A stretch of DNA of 64,000 nucleotides from Octopus sinensis (GCF_006345805.1 NC_043007.1:69316001-69380000); one strand, 5' to 3'; counted from the stretch's first letter, positions 26,389 to 40,396 are shown. A program made the numbers and translations. The notes: generated by a model not told the origin, from the letters alone.

Positions 26389-27275
26389 AGCTGACGTACT
26401 CGGTAATTCCAGGGAAAGCAGGATTTATCCCTTGGTTCCGTTGTCATAATTGTTTCGCTAATCCAGTAACAACAATACAAAGTATGTAGCCCTTAAAACG
26501 GTTTTTGTGCATTTATTGAGAATACCGAACTGTCTTACACAGGATCTTGTTTTTAGGAATTCTCAATAAGTTATGAACACCCAAATTGTGAAGTCAGTTT
26601 TGTAAAAACATGAAATTAATTACTCAATAGTAAGAATTCAAGTAAAATAGCTCCGAAAAGGGCTTTAATACATCACCAGATTATATAGAACATAGGAGAA
26701 AATACTAATAAGGTATGTATACTAAAATCGCGAAGCATGTTACGTAATAACAGGCTAATCAGATATGAGATAATAACAATTCAAAGTAAATAACTCTGAA
26801 AAAAAGCTTTAGTGTGTTCGGCGCTAGTGTCGGTATATTGGTGAATAAGTCACTAACCGAAATAAGTGGATCTATTGTTTAGGAAAATACTATTTTCTAG
26901 TTTAAGCGTTGTACTGGATAAATTGCGAAAATAACTCAAATAGTTCAAATACTAAGAAATACGCATACTCAATTTGATTTATACGAAATATAAATTACGA
27001 ACATGAATGAGTTATTTCCCTTAGCTATATATAAAGATCCCTTTCAGGAGCAAATAGGTTATTTTCCCTTGGAGGTTTAAAAATAATATATTAGTTATAT
27101 GTAGTAGATATAAAAATCTCTTCCAGGGGACCTAATATCGATTTTTCCAACAATCTAAGTACCTCACTAGTATTTCAGACATGAGTTCTACTCACATATC
27201 AAGTTTCATCAAAATCGATAAAACGATGTAGAAGTTAGATAACAACGCCACAAACACACTCACAGATTTCCACAT
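26387..27275 (+). mobile_element. Possible non-autonomous Helitron/Helentron-type element
   Basis: Begins CCAGCTGACGTACTCGG after (TA)n and ends with AAGTTTCATCAAAATCG..ACAAACACAC plus a microsatellite, a layout recalled from invertebrate rolling-circle non-autonomous elements; no diagnostic terminal hairpin verified. Confidence 0.35.
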
Positions 27276-27374
27276 ATGTAGTGTATATATGTATGTGTGT
27301 GTGTATGTGTGTGTGTGTGTATATGTGTGTGTGTATGTGTATGTGTGCATGTATATATATATACACACACATGC

Positions 27375-28280
27375 AGTGTGCGATGGGTAAATTGTAGCCA
27401 TTTTATATTTTTAATTTTGCGTATGCACATTGTTTGTTTTTGATTTTGTCGACTACACAGTATAGTAAGGTCAGTTGGGCACCGTCAACGAGAAGAACAA
27501 CACCATGACACAATTCACTCAGCTAGAAATTTGGAAATGACATGCTGTACTCCTTGGCATTCTCAACGGAAGCTCCAATACGAACATTTTAGAGTGTTTG
27601 GGTGTCAATCTGAGGACAGTGAAATCTGAGGACATGTACCGAAAGTGATAAAAATCAAACATTTAGTCAACATCATCGTGTGTTTGGCGTGATCACTAGT
27701 GATGGCGACGTTATACCTCCATTCATCTTCCCACACGGCCTCAGATTCAACACGGAGGTCTACATCAAGTGCCAGGAGGAGGTATCGCTGCCCTGGGACA
27801 AGAGGGTGGCTGCTGGAAGACCCAATATCTGGCAGCAAGATTCTGCACCCTGCTACACAAGCAGGAAAACCCAGTTATAGCTGTCAGACAATTTCTGCAG
27901 CCACATCACCCCTAACATCTGGCCACCTAACCCCCCCCCCCCAGACTGCACCCCCCCCCCCCTGATTATTATGTGTGGGATGCAGTTGAGTGAGAGACTA
28001 ACAAAAGTACTTGTAACATCAAAGATCAACTGAAGGCAAGAATTATGGCAGCATTCACCAACTTAACCAAGGAGACCATCCAGAAGAGTTTCAGGAGATT
28101 CCGAAGCTGTGTGTAGACTGTAGTTGAAGTCAATGGGGATTTTATTGAATAGATTTACTCTTTAGTATTTCGAGATATTTTTTATGTAACTTTGGTAAAT
28201 ATATCTGTTAAAATGAGATGTCAGTGTTATTTTCATTTTTGCGTAATTTAGACCACAGTTTATTCACCGCACCATGTGTG
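27375..28280 (+). mobile_element. Tc1/mariner-superfamily (maT/DD37D-like) transposon, internally deleted
   Basis: VFGVITSDGDVIPPFIF, WQQDSAPCYTS, WPPNSPD..DYYVW and C-terminal VVEVNGDFIE; degenerate terminal inverted repeats. Confidence 0.85.
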
Positions 28281-28299
28281 TATATACTCTTTACTCTCT

Positions 28300-28698
28300 T
28301 TTACTCTTTTACTTGTTTCAATCATTTTGACTGCGGCCATGCTGGAGCACCGCCTTTAATCGAGCAACTCGACCCCGGGACTTATTCTTTTGTAAGCCCA
28401 GTACTTATTCTATCGGTCTCTTTTGCCGAACCGCTAAATGACGGGGACGTAAACACACCAGCATCGGTTGTCAAGCAATGCTAGGGGGACAAACACAGGT
28501 ACACAAACATATACACACACACACACATATATATACATATATACGACAGGCTTCTTCCAGTTTCCGTCTACCAAATCCACTCACAAGGCTTTGGTCGGCC
28601 CGAGGCTATAGCAGAAGACACTTGCCCAAGATGCCACGCAGTGGGACTGAACTCGGAACCATGTGGTTGGTAAACAAGCTACTTACCACACAGCCACT

Positions 28699-28700
<2 letters not shown>
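28300..28700 (-). mobile_element. SINE family B
   Basis: Reverse-complement match to 20092-20510. Confidence 0.88.
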
Positions 28701-28771
<71 letters not shown>

Positions 28772-28875
28772 GATATATATATATATATATATTATATATA
28801 TTATATATATTATATATATATATATATGTCAAAATCAGGTTCATTGGCCTTTTCAGGTATTTACCAAAGCCTTAC

Positions 28876-29133
28876 TTTTCTTGGAGAAAAAGTAAGCTGG
28901 TGCTTTATTTGCTTTACTTTCACAGTGGGTTCTTCTCTTTTAATAAAGTTGCACTTTAGTATCATTGACCCATTTACATATTTCTTGGATTCTTTTGATA
29001 TTGAGTGTAATTTCTTGGTACTTTCATACTCGCAGACAAGTTCAATTATCCTCCACTCATTAGGATTAGGGTTCTGTAGACAGGTGTTTAACCCTGCAGT
29101 TAGACACCTATCTAAAGATAGGTGTCCTTTCAT
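28876..29133 (-). other. Unassigned coding-like segment (exon or decayed transposase)
   Basis: About 100 stop-free, non-repetitive codons (SCYAVIRHMKGHLSLDRCLTAGLNTCLQNPNPNEWRIIELVCEYES..) in AT-rich DNA; good donor AAA|GTAAGG ends the segment at 28876. Confidence 0.35.
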
Positions 29134-29726
29134 ATGACGTATAACAGCGTAACACGATTTTTGTCATTGGGTAGCAACTGCTATTCCCTATTTGCTTACC
29201 CCTAGAAAGTAATTAAAAATGACTAATATTTCCGTCAAACTTTGCTTTTCTTACATTTATTTAAACCCCAAAGAATCCCTCTCGACACATGGCAATGATG
29301 TTCCTCCAATACTCCTGCTCATGATGCACATATTGTCAGCCATTAAGGGACATGCTCAAATGATTAAGGTCAAGCAAGTGACAAGAAAATCTTTGATATT
29401 TAGCAGAATATTTGCTTTAACGATATTTCTGCTTCAGCAACTCTGATCTGAATCTTTCTGAAATGTAATGGAAAATAGGTCAGTTTCAAAACATTGACGT
29501 CCAGGTAAGAAAAAGTAAAGTTTGAGGAGAATAGTAGTTAATTCCTTTGATTTCCATACAGAAGCAAGTAGGAAATAGCACTTACTGACCAAAGAAAAAA
29601 AAATTAATTTTGATAATCTCTCTATATCTCCCATTTGGGTGATGTATACTGTGCATTGTGAAAAGCTTTACATATTTTTGTGTCAATTTTACCGATGTCA
29701 GTGCCGGACCATTTTATGATTTTTAA

Positions 29727-30038
29727 CCCCTTACCCGGCAGAAACGAATATATGCGTTTTGACCGAAATCGTTTTTTTCTATCTCTAGCGAGTTAACTCG
29801 TCAAAAGATAGACTCGCCAAAAAACGACAGCAAACGAGTTCCTTCGTCTATTATAAACTCCTTTTTGACATATACGAGTATATTCGCTCACTTTATACGT
29901 CTGGCAGTGACAATGAGTCCTTTTGATTTTTTTTCTTTGTATATAGATGAATGAGTTATAGAGCATGTATTGACTGAAACTAATAAAAATATGTCTGAAA
30001 AAATACATTTATTTTCAAAATAATTGTTGGGTAAGGGG
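29727..30038. mobile_element. piggyBac-type MITE
   Basis: TTAA TSD at 29723-29726 and 30039-30042; TIR CCCCTTACCC(GG/AA)CA, 12/14 match. Confidence 0.85.
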
Positions 30039-30611
30039 TTAAAACCGGTGATCAAAACAAATATAACTAGGGTATTGATGGAATCAATCCTGTTTCTCAC
30101 TCTTTGGGATGACTGTAACTCTAGAACATTCTTTCCCTATTTTCTCATGGATTTATGGGTGCAGAATGCTCGTTCCTTCACATACACCTGAAGATTTGTA
30201 GTCTTACTTAGTATCTAAATCGTAGTGGTAGTGGTGGTGGTAATGGTGGTGGGGGTGATTGTGATCATGATTATGATGATGATAGTCTTTGTTGTTGTTG
30301 TGGTAGTGATAGTGATGATAATAGTATTGATGATATAAGCGATGATGGTGATGCTGATCATGGTTTTAGTGATGGCGACGATGACGATCGTGGGGCGATA
30401 GCGGTCATGATGATACTGATGGTGCTGTTGATGATTGTGATGATAGTGTCCATTGATAGTTACGGTGGCAAAGGAGTTGGTAGAAGCAGTGGTGGATAGG
30501 TTATAAGGATGGTTTTAATGATAATACTGTTTGTGATGGCGCTGATGATGGCGGTGGTAGTGGAGAAAAAAGGGATGAGCGCGTGGAGTGGGTAGTGAAC
30601 TAAATAAATCA

Positions 30612-30892
30612 TTATTTGATAAACTTCAACATCCCTAACTTCAACATCGACATCACCAATATCATCATAGTCGTCGTCATCAACACCACCACCAACACCA
30701 TTACTACCACTACAATTATCTCTGCCATCTTCGTCGTCGTCGTGGTCATCATCATGATCGTCATAATCATCATCGTTATCGTCGTCATAATCATCATCAT
30801 TATCATCGTCGTCGTCGTCATCGTCATCATCGTCGTCGTCATCATCATCGTCATCATCATCGTCGTCATCATCACCATCATCATCATCATCG

Positions 30893-30925
<33 letters not shown>

Positions 30926-30960
30926 CCTAAAGTATCACCACCATTACCACAACCACCGCC
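30612..30960. repeat. Degenerate (ATC/GTC)n microsatellite
   Basis: Read directly. Confidence 0.9.
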
Positions 30961-31954
30961 ATTATTATCGCAAAAAAATTAAAAAACACAAAAACGAAAA
31001 ACAAAAAAAAGCTATTGAAACGAATCGCCTCTATATCAATAACACGATTTATTCTACGCAACGTCAATCAATCGATTCTTAAATAGGTTTGATCGTTTTC
31101 GATCGTGCTTCTATTGATTTGATTCTAAAAATAAACACAAATAACAGGTCTTTGTTGTGAGGTTATCGATTAATTGGCAAGCGCTCCATTTATTGACATG
31201 GCCAACTAGCTGATAACACCATCCTCCCAAAAAACATTTGTCAGTTAATATCATAGTTATTTTAACTTGTTATTGATTTCGTTCATTGGTTGGCCGATGA
31301 CCTGGCTGACGTACCCCTTATATAAATATCTATTTATCTATTTACTTACTGATTGATTGATTGATTGATTGATTGATAGATTGATTGATTGATTTTTTTT
31401 TTTGTTTTTGCTTGGGATTTTAATCAGAAAGTAGGGACAGTGCCCATAGCCTTTACGGACTCCACCTTTCCTGTCAGAGAGACAAGGAACGTTGATATAG
31501 TTAATGCATAGTTTGAAATAGCTATAAGATCGATAACCGTAAGTATGACATTGAACATCATCCGGTATGGTGTCCTGGTTCGCAACTTCCAGGGTTTAGA
31601 GGAGTGGGGAACCACTTCTTAGCCACTATTGTTCCCGGATATACACTAATCCGGATTAGTAGCATCTGCCAGGATCCCAACAATGGGATAAATAGCATCT
31701 TACTACTCGAGTCAAGGTAAATTAAAATCGTGGGATGCAGAATGGTAGATGTGAAATGTTTCGGCGAATGAATGCTATTGAATCAAAAGCGGATATCTCT
31801 AGATGCTGAGCAAATTATGACATAACAAACTGTCAACAGCTAGGATCAACCAGTTCTCTTAGCTAACAACAGCTATTATCTGTTGTCATGGCGTGCGCAG
31901 ATGAGATTTTCGAGCTAGAGAAAGACCAAAGTGGCTAAAACTCAAGCCATACGT

Positions 31955-32760
31955 TCATGCTACATCGTTCAGTACACACCCTTGGAATCATTTCTATCAG
32001 CTGCGTCTTGTGCCCCTTTTGCTCTATCATTCCACCATTCCTGTTTAATTTTCCTTAGAGCAGTCTGCACTTTCCCTTTCAGCTTTCTGTAAGTTTCTTT
32101 TGAGTTGGGGTTCAAGGACTGAGATAGAATTGTACTGCCTAAGTTTTGTTTTTCTAAAAGTAGATCATGAATTTCTGCTGATCTATCAGAGAACCAGTCA
32201 CTGGACTTACATGATTTAAATCCCACTGACGAACTTGCAGCCTGAACTACTTTTGTTTTGAAATCTTCCCATAGATTGTTTGGGTCAAGATTGATACTTT
32301 CTATAGCATCGTGGAATTTTTGCAAGTTGCTTGATAACTTAAAGTTTGCAACATTTAACTTTTGGGGTACCTTAGGACCAGACTGTCGAATTTTAAGTAT
32401 TATCGAAAAATTTATTTTTCCACGCACTAGACGATGGTCAGTTCAGCTTTCTGCTCCTCTCATGGCCCGAATGCTAGAAACGTCTTTCATATCACGTTTT
32501 CTGATCAATATATAATCAATGAGATGCCAGTGCTTATATCTTGGGTGCATCCAGGTGGTTTTATATTTATTTTTCTGCTAAAAGTCAAAAGAGCTACTCC
32601 ATTTTAATTACATTTTCCAATGCCATGTCGCCCTAAAACAGGCCATGAAGCGTAGTCCTTTTCAACTATTGCGTTGAAAACTCCCAAGATTACCAGTTTG
32701 TCAGAAATTGGTGCTTTCCTCAATAATTGTGCTAGATCCTCATAAAACTGTTATGCGTGC
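31955..32760 (-). mobile_element. RTE-clade LINE fragment (APE endonuclease end and linker)
   Basis: TWMHPRYKHWHLIDYILIRKRD, TDHRLVRGKI, WEDFKTKVVQAA..DWF and QEWWNDRAKGAQDAADRND peptides typical of RTE/BovB-like ORFs. Confidence 0.88.
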
Positions 32761-32784
32761 ATGAATAAATATTAATAAAAGTAA

Positions 32785-33150
32785 TAACAAGAGCACTCAG
32801 AGAGCGCAAACCTCTGGCAAGGCAACACCAATGTCCTCTCAACGATTAGCCAGAGATGATTTTTAAAATGAGAATACCTAAAATAACCTCGACTGCTATC
32901 ACAAACGAGAATACTAAAAATGAAGCAGACCGCTCTCAAAAATTAAATAAAAAAGCAGGGAAAATAATTCAGAATCTTTGTCCGGTACCGGATCGATTCC
33001 AAAATCTAATCAGTTCGCAACAGATTTGAAGCCAAACATCCCTCAAAGTTTCATCCGAATCCATCCAGCGGTTATTGAGATATCTTATCCACGGACAGAC
33101 AAACAAGCAAACACGATTGAAAACAATACCTCCAACTTCGCTAAGGCAGA
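32785..33150 (+). mobile_element. Possible non-autonomous Helentron-like element
   Basis: AACCTCTGGC near the 5' end and GGCAGAGGT near the 3' end form a short subterminal inverted pair; internal AAGTTTCATCCGAATCC motif. Confidence 0.35.
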
Positions 33151-33331
33151 GGTACTACATGCACTAGGCCTGAAATTTTGTGGGTGGGGTTAGTCGATAA
33201 CATCAACCCCAGTCCTCAACTGGTACTTATTTCATCGTCCCCAGATGTATGAAAGACGGACGAAATGCCACTAAGCACTTTATCTGCCGTGCTAACGAAA
33301 CTACCAGCACGGCGGCATAATAATGATGATG

Positions 33332-33395
<64 letters not shown>

Positions 33396-33457
33396 CAACA
33401 ACAACAACAACAATAATAATAATAATTATTATTATTATTATCATTATTATTATTATT

Positions 33458-33596
33458 CTATGTTTGACTTTTGCTTTATGTCTGTACAAGTTGGCTCCAA
33501 GTCTCACCCAGAGACCTCAAGAGACAACAGGTTGGAAGTTCTGTGCCATATATTTGGGGGGGGGGGTTGTTTTTTGGTGTTGTACTAGTGAATGTC

Positions 33597-33598
<2 letters not shown>
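33458..33598 (-). mobile_element. 3' UTR fragment of an R4/Dong-like element within (TAA)n
   Basis: Reverse complement matches 63780-63923; (TTA)n on both sides. Confidence 0.8.
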
Positions 33599-33645
<47 letters not shown>

Positions 33646-33773
33646 GGATTGAGGTACTAATCCTCTATACACGTTTAGTTTTTTAACCTATGGCAGATAC
33701 ACGATATGTCAACTTGTTCACTTGTTCACGATATGTTCACTTGATGACAATTGCACTCTTCACTTTTTTTTGC

Positions 33774-33834
<61 letters not shown>

Positions 33835-33849
33835 TAATAATAATAATAA

Positions 33850-33880
<31 letters not shown>

Positions 33881-34040
33881 AAGAAGAAGAAGAGCCATTT
33901 TGGGGGAGGAAACGAGTCTATTACATCGACCCCCAAAGTTTCACTGGTACTTAATTTATCGATCCCAAAAGGATGAAAGGCAAAGTCGACCTCAGTGGAA
34001 TTTGAACTCAGCACTTCCTTCTCCACCTTCTATTTCCTTT

Positions 34041-35210
34041 TCAAGTGAAATTTGAAGAAGTCATGAGAGCTCTACCACAGAATATATTTGTCCTCATGTA
34101 TCTAACACAGAATTTATCTGTTCTAATGCCTTTCAGCCTTGTCCACCAATCAACCTCTTTCGCCACAGTCACCAGGAAAAGGAAAACTGCTTTGCCTGTC
34201 CAATCAAAGGAGGGTGGCGGTGCGATCATCACTACAGACTCGGCTGACAGACTGATTGGCCTACACGTGACAGCAGCTGTTCAATATAACCACAGACACT
34301 GAACGAGGCTGTACAGAACGGCTTCGTCACTCTACGTGCACCTCGGGCAAGTCCGTTTGACAGTACATCCGTGCCTGTAGTGTTTATCTCGAACTAGTAG
34401 CAGCCCCCGGTAGCACTGTCAGGCCAAGGACATCTGGAAATTATCAATGGTAGTTCCCGACCGGAAAGTCGTCCGGAACAGACTAGCCAGTTCATTCTCA
34501 TCGGCGCCCAGTCTCCCCGAGAACATCGTCACACTTCCCCGCCACTAATCCTCAATACATTTCTAAAGCGGAACATCCACCGTTCCCATTGCCAAACTAG
34601 TAGAAGGTTGTTAGCACCCGACATGATTTTAGGTGCCAGGCGCCCAGTCTCGGTCTTTCTTCACCAAGGACTGCAGCTCCGTCAAGGAGACGAGCTGCGG
34701 AAAGACGAACCTCACAAACGGAGCTCACACACGCTCACCGTCCAGAAATCGTTGCAGGTGGCGCAACCAAAGAGCGTGTATGCGCATCAAGAGCCATGGC
34801 GTACCTAATCCGCCACTCAGAGGATGCTGGCAACACATTGACCGCCTGACCATTGGAATGTGTCCCTTCCACAAGAATTTAAGTAAGAGACGCTCCAGCA
34901 TGGTCAAGCAGTAACCGGGACAAGGCATTACGGTCAGGTGATAAATAATAACGGAGGCGATGTAAGTATTCGCCACCTCTGCCCGACATTTGAGGTACAG
35001 CTTTCTTTCAGCCCATTTCTGGGTAAGGCTGGCCACCCTGTTCTCTATCTCGTTCAAGTTCTTATCAATCTGGAGGTCGGAACCAAACCAGACCCCGAAC
35101 ACTTTAACTGGTCCGTCGGTCCAGCATCCGACGACGCCGTTTGATGATATCGGCCTGCCTCTCCAGGAGCCAAACCGCAACCAACTGATATGTCGACCTT
35201 CATTTTAGCC
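34041..35210 (-). mobile_element. L1/Tx1-clade LINE ORF2 3' fragment
   Basis: PVKVFGVWFG, AEVANTYIASVIIYHL, FLWKG..VRRSMCCQHPLSGGLG, a CPRC knuckle and AKEVDWWTRLKG. Confidence 0.85.
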
Positions 35211-35213
35211 CCT

Positions 35214-35252
<39 letters not shown>

Positions 35253-35704
35253 AATAATAATCCTCTCCAGTACGACGACCACCACATCAATGTGACAAAA
35301 TTACTCCAACCAACCAACAAACCAACCAACTAGCAAAATAAATACATAGATACACAAATACATAAATAAATAGATAAACGAATTAATTACTAACCCTATT
35401 ATAATTAATACTGTATGGTTCAGAATATTGTATTAACGTTGTGGAACCAATCAAACAATAGATATATCAGGTTTAATAAGCAGGTCAATAATGTGATCGT
35501 TATAGAAGGATGAATCTGTATAGAAGGTGATTAGTGCGCTAAATTGACTCCATAATTGGGCGCCAATTGTAAACACCTTCAGCATTAAACGCAGTGGATA
35601 ATTACCAGTTGGTTCTTCATCTCTTACCACTCCTCCGATCAACTGTGCTCTACCATTACGTTCCAGTCCACCACTTGACTGTTGTTGAGCTGATCATATC
35701 TACG

Positions 35705-35769
<65 letters not shown>

Positions 35770-36175
35770 GCACGCACACACACGCGCACACACACACACA
35801 CATATAGATACACGTAGACATATACATACGCTTAGATACACACGCATGGACATGTACACATTCGCATAAGCATACGTAACCACATATATACATAAGCACA
35901 CACACACGCTCACTTCCCCACACACGCATATACACACACACACACACATTAATATACACGATCATGCTTCTCTTCACAGCATATATATTCACAGAGACAT
36001 ACATACGTTTACATATACACCGTCATTCATACAAATACACACCCATATATATATATATATATACTTATATAAATATGTGTGTGTGTGTGTGAACGCACAC
36101 ACACACACACATACGCACGCACACACACACACACACACACACATACGCACGCACACACACACACACATACGCACG

Positions 36176-36208
<33 letters not shown>

Positions 36209-36218
36209 CATACACACA

Positions 36219-36250
<32 letters not shown>

Positions 36251-37310
36251 ACACACACACACACACATATACACACGCACTTTCACAGACACAAACACAT
36301 AAAGTAAATGGATCTCCGTCTATTTCGACGACGGGTATTTAGGTGTTAGATCAACTGAACGACCTACTCAAAGAATTTGCGTGTAAAGTGGATGAATATA
36401 CCGTGGAGTAATCCCCAGGCAGAATTAGCGTTACGCAGTGTATGACAAGGTTGAATTACAGTTAGCTTCCATTCAACAGACGTCCACACAGCTTTCATTT
36501 GTCTAATTTCACTCACGAAGTTTGGGTCGGTACGATGCTATAGTAAAAATCTCTTGCCTAAGATATCACACAGAGACAACGAACCCGTGACCTACTCAGT
36601 GAGCCAATGGCTTCGTCTTGTCTATTTGACTATGGTGCGTCCTTGGTCGTCTGTAATTAGAAGCTACGTTTCTGTCAAGTTTTAACGAACTCCTTTGAAA
36701 ATCCATCCCCAGCACCATACATACATACATTCATACATACATATATATGCATGCATGCGTTCGTGCATGCATACATACATACATACATACATACATACAT
36801 ACATACATACCTAAATAAATACATACATACATACGTAACACAGAGCATAGATACTAATCTTGAGAATTTAGGCTTCTCAAAACCAGAAAGGAGAAAGCTG
36901 ATTAAAAGACAACAGATCCGAGCCATTCCTGGAACTGTAAAAATCTGTTAAAACTTTCCAGTTTATCATTTAAGTGTAAAAGCGCATGTTTAGACATGCA
37001 ACTATATGCATGAGAATATGTACATAAAACAAAACATACAAATCTGCACATGCACTGACACCAAATACTGCACTTATACATGCATGCATACAAAAATTCC
37101 CTGTTGATATTGACGACATAGCAATGGAGGACCCTTGGGTCAAGGTTAGAAGCCGGCTCTTTCTCCATTGGCAAGAAATTTTGAAATAAAACTGAATAAT
37201 TACATACATACATACATATCTGCACAGCCACAGGCACACACACAGACACACAACAGACAGACACACACATGCACACATGCACACATACACACGTATACAC
37301 GTATATATAC

Positions 37311-37342
<32 letters not shown>

Positions 37343-37409
37343 TATATTCTAATATATAAATATATATTATATATATATATATTATATATATATATATTAT
37401 ATATATATA

Positions 37410-38135
37410 CAGGGTGGTCGAAAGGTAAGTAGGTATTAAAAATTGGTTATAAAATCCATATCCTTTAACCAATTTTATTGAAAACAAATGATACATGTTC
37501 TTTATTACATGTGGAAATTAATGTAAATCTTCATATTTCAACGTAAGCACCGGTGGCTTCAACTAGTTTCTTCAAACGGCCAGGGATGGAATGAACAACC
37601 TTCTGAAGGTTGTCGACTGGAATATCATCGAGAATCTCCTGAATCTGTCTCCTTGTCCTCCAGTGTTCGATGTTTTGTCTTGTACACCTCTTTTGCTGTA
37701 ACTCTACAGGTAAAAGTCATATGGAGTGAGATCTGGACTTCTGAACATCTGCGGTCACAGTCTTCAGGATTTCCTGCACGTAATAGAGTTTCCACGGACG
37801 AAAATTCAATTCTTTATGCAAGGCCGTACGCTGCTTCACGTGTTGATTTCTGCGGGCTACGATTAAACCATTTCCTGCACTGTTGTCACGTTTTCCCACT
37901 GATCGGGATTTGGTGGACGGCCACTTCTACTTGCATCGTTCACAGAGCCCGTGGTCATCAGCTTTGCATGACAACTTTTTATTGTCTCCGGATATAGTTT
38001 TGTATGCTTGCCTTTTCATCTCTGAATCAATGGAATTCCACACTTCACAGTGTGCTGCTATCTTAGCTCGCTTCTGAACAGTCAAGCGACCGGCCATCTG
38101 GAAAATAGGACAATAAGACAATAAGAAAATTTAAA
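37410..38135 (-). mobile_element. Tc1/mariner-superfamily transposon remnant, internally deleted
   Basis: Terminus TA|CAGGGTGGTC; N-terminal MAGRLTVQKRAKIAAHCEVWNS, RPWKLYYVQE and C-terminal IPVDNLQKVVHSIPGRLKKLVEATGAYVE. Confidence 0.8.
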
Positions 38136-38241
38136 ATATCCCCATTAGTGTTGTCTGTTTAAAAAATGCTTTCATGACTTCAGTGATACTAAATATTCTC
38201 TAAGCAATTTTTAATGCCTTACTTTCCATCCAACCTATACA

Positions 38242-38277
<36 letters not shown>

Positions 38278-38653
38278 TGTGGCTGTGTGGTAAGTAACTT
38301 GCTAACCAACCACATGGTTCCGGGTTCAGTCCCACTGCGTGGCACCTTGGGCAAGTGTCTTCTGCTATAGCCCCGGGCCGACCAATGCCTTGTGAGTGGA
38401 TTTGGTAGACGGAAACTGAAAGAAGCCTGTCGTATATATGTATACATATGTTGTGTGTGGATGGTGTGTGTGTGTTTGTGTTTGTCCCCCTAGCATTGCT
38501 TGACAACCGATGCTGGTGTGCTTATGTCCCCGTTACTTGGCGGTTCGGCAAAAGAGACCGATAGAATAAGTACTAAAGGCGGTGCCCCAGCATGGCCGCA
38601 GTCAAATGACTGAAACAAGTAAAGAGTAAAAGAGAGAGTATATATATATATTT

Positions 38654-38685
<32 letters not shown>

Positions 38686-38890
38686 GAAAAATACAAACTG
38701 GGACAAGAACGAAAAACATTTAGAAGACGATACAAAAAACACGACGGGACATTCGAAGCCTTCAATCTTCAGTCAAGAACCAGATCATCCTCGCAATTTC
38801 GGCTGATATATATATGCCAGAGTAAGCTCATAAATGCGAAACAAGGTGGAAAAAATAGTACTCGAATACCAGAGGTAGAGTAATATGCTT

Positions 38891-39035
38891 TATTAAAAAG
38901 CAGCAAAAATATCACCAAAAATGTTACTCAGCGTTTCACGTTCCTGTTCGTCGGACCGTTTTGTTTTTCTAAACAAAACTGTCCGACGAGCGGGAACGTG
39001 AAACAGTTTTTGTGATTTTTTGCTGCTTTTTAGTA
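38891..39035. repeat. ~145-bp imperfect palindrome with a hammerhead-like motif in each arm
   Basis: Arms pair around loop TTCT (38967-38970); CCGACGA-RC-RGGAAC-GT-GAAAC occurs on + at 38983-39004 and on - at ~38932-38954. Confidence 0.75.
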
Positions 39036-39510
39036 AATTACAATATAGACCCATGTATATTAATGTTTACTTTTATGTCAAGTTATAACGAAAATTTAAC
39101 TTATACATTGAACATATATAATATATTTTTGTTCAGCATGTTTAAAAAGTTTACTTGTGATAGAGATCTCGAAGTATAAATACATACGTACATTTATATG
39201 CATGCATAAACACACACACATACACACTCACACACACTTAAACACACGCACACATGTACACTTTATTATGCTTCACTGCACGACACGATAAAATACGAAT
39301 TAGAGCTAAAGAATCAAATCACATTAAACTCATTTATTCCGTTACGGCACACTTAGGAATGAATGAAGTCCGATTACATTTGGATTTAGGCTATAACGAA
39401 TAAAAGCCTCATAAAACTGAAGTTATCGCAAATGGCTTTATATATGTATATAATTCTATAATTATAAAATTGTGGAATATAAAATTAATGAGACGATTAC
39501 ACACACATAT

Positions 39511-39606
<96 letters not shown>

Positions 39607-39720
39607 GCATCTATATGTATGTGTGTATGGTTTGGGGTGTTTGCTTGAAAAAAATTCCATGCTTCACCACATTTGACTTGAGAATTAGAAAATGTTCAAA
39701 GCTCTTCGACGCCATCACCC

Positions 39721-39764
<44 letters not shown>

Positions 39765-40081
39765 ACGCACGCACGCACAAAAGTCCACAAGGTTAGAACC
39801 CTGCACTAATGCGTTCAGATATGAATGTCCTTGAATCAGAAGTGAAGTGTCATCGTACTGAAAAGGAGATTATCTGTATAGATAAGATTATACATGTCTA
39901 GAATAGGAATTAATCTCATTTACGACGGCAACGCTATAATTTAAATAAAAAAAAACACTGTATGGAAGGAAATAACAGTCATAACAATGTCACCCAGCTC
40001 ATGTTTGCGTATTACTTCCCTCACGTCTGCCGTGTACCGGTGTTTACTTCCGTGTCAGTGGTGTGAAGTGGATAGCAAATA

Positions 40082-40396
40082 GAGTAGACCCTCGGTTTAT
40101 GGACGTATTGCATAACGAACAACTCGGTTTGCGTACAACTTTCTGAATAAGAAAACGTCTTGAGAGACGAACGGTATGTCGAGTAACGAACACGCAAGCC
40201 GGCAAAAAATGGTTGAGTGACAAGATGGAAATATCAACGAGAGAGCGTCAGATGTTGTCAAGCTTTCAGTCAGGGCTCATCTCTGCTCCATTTCGACATG
40301 CCTTCTTTTGAATTTCCCACAGGTTCAGTTTACGAGGATTTCGGGTGATAGACGGACTTTAGGAACGAATTTCATTCGTAGACCGAGGTTCTGGTG
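40082..40396. mobile_element. Old Tigger/pogo-like MITE
   Basis: TA at 40080-40081 and 40397-40398; imperfect TIR sharing AGA.CCTCGGT.TA.G (about 15/22). Confidence 0.55.
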
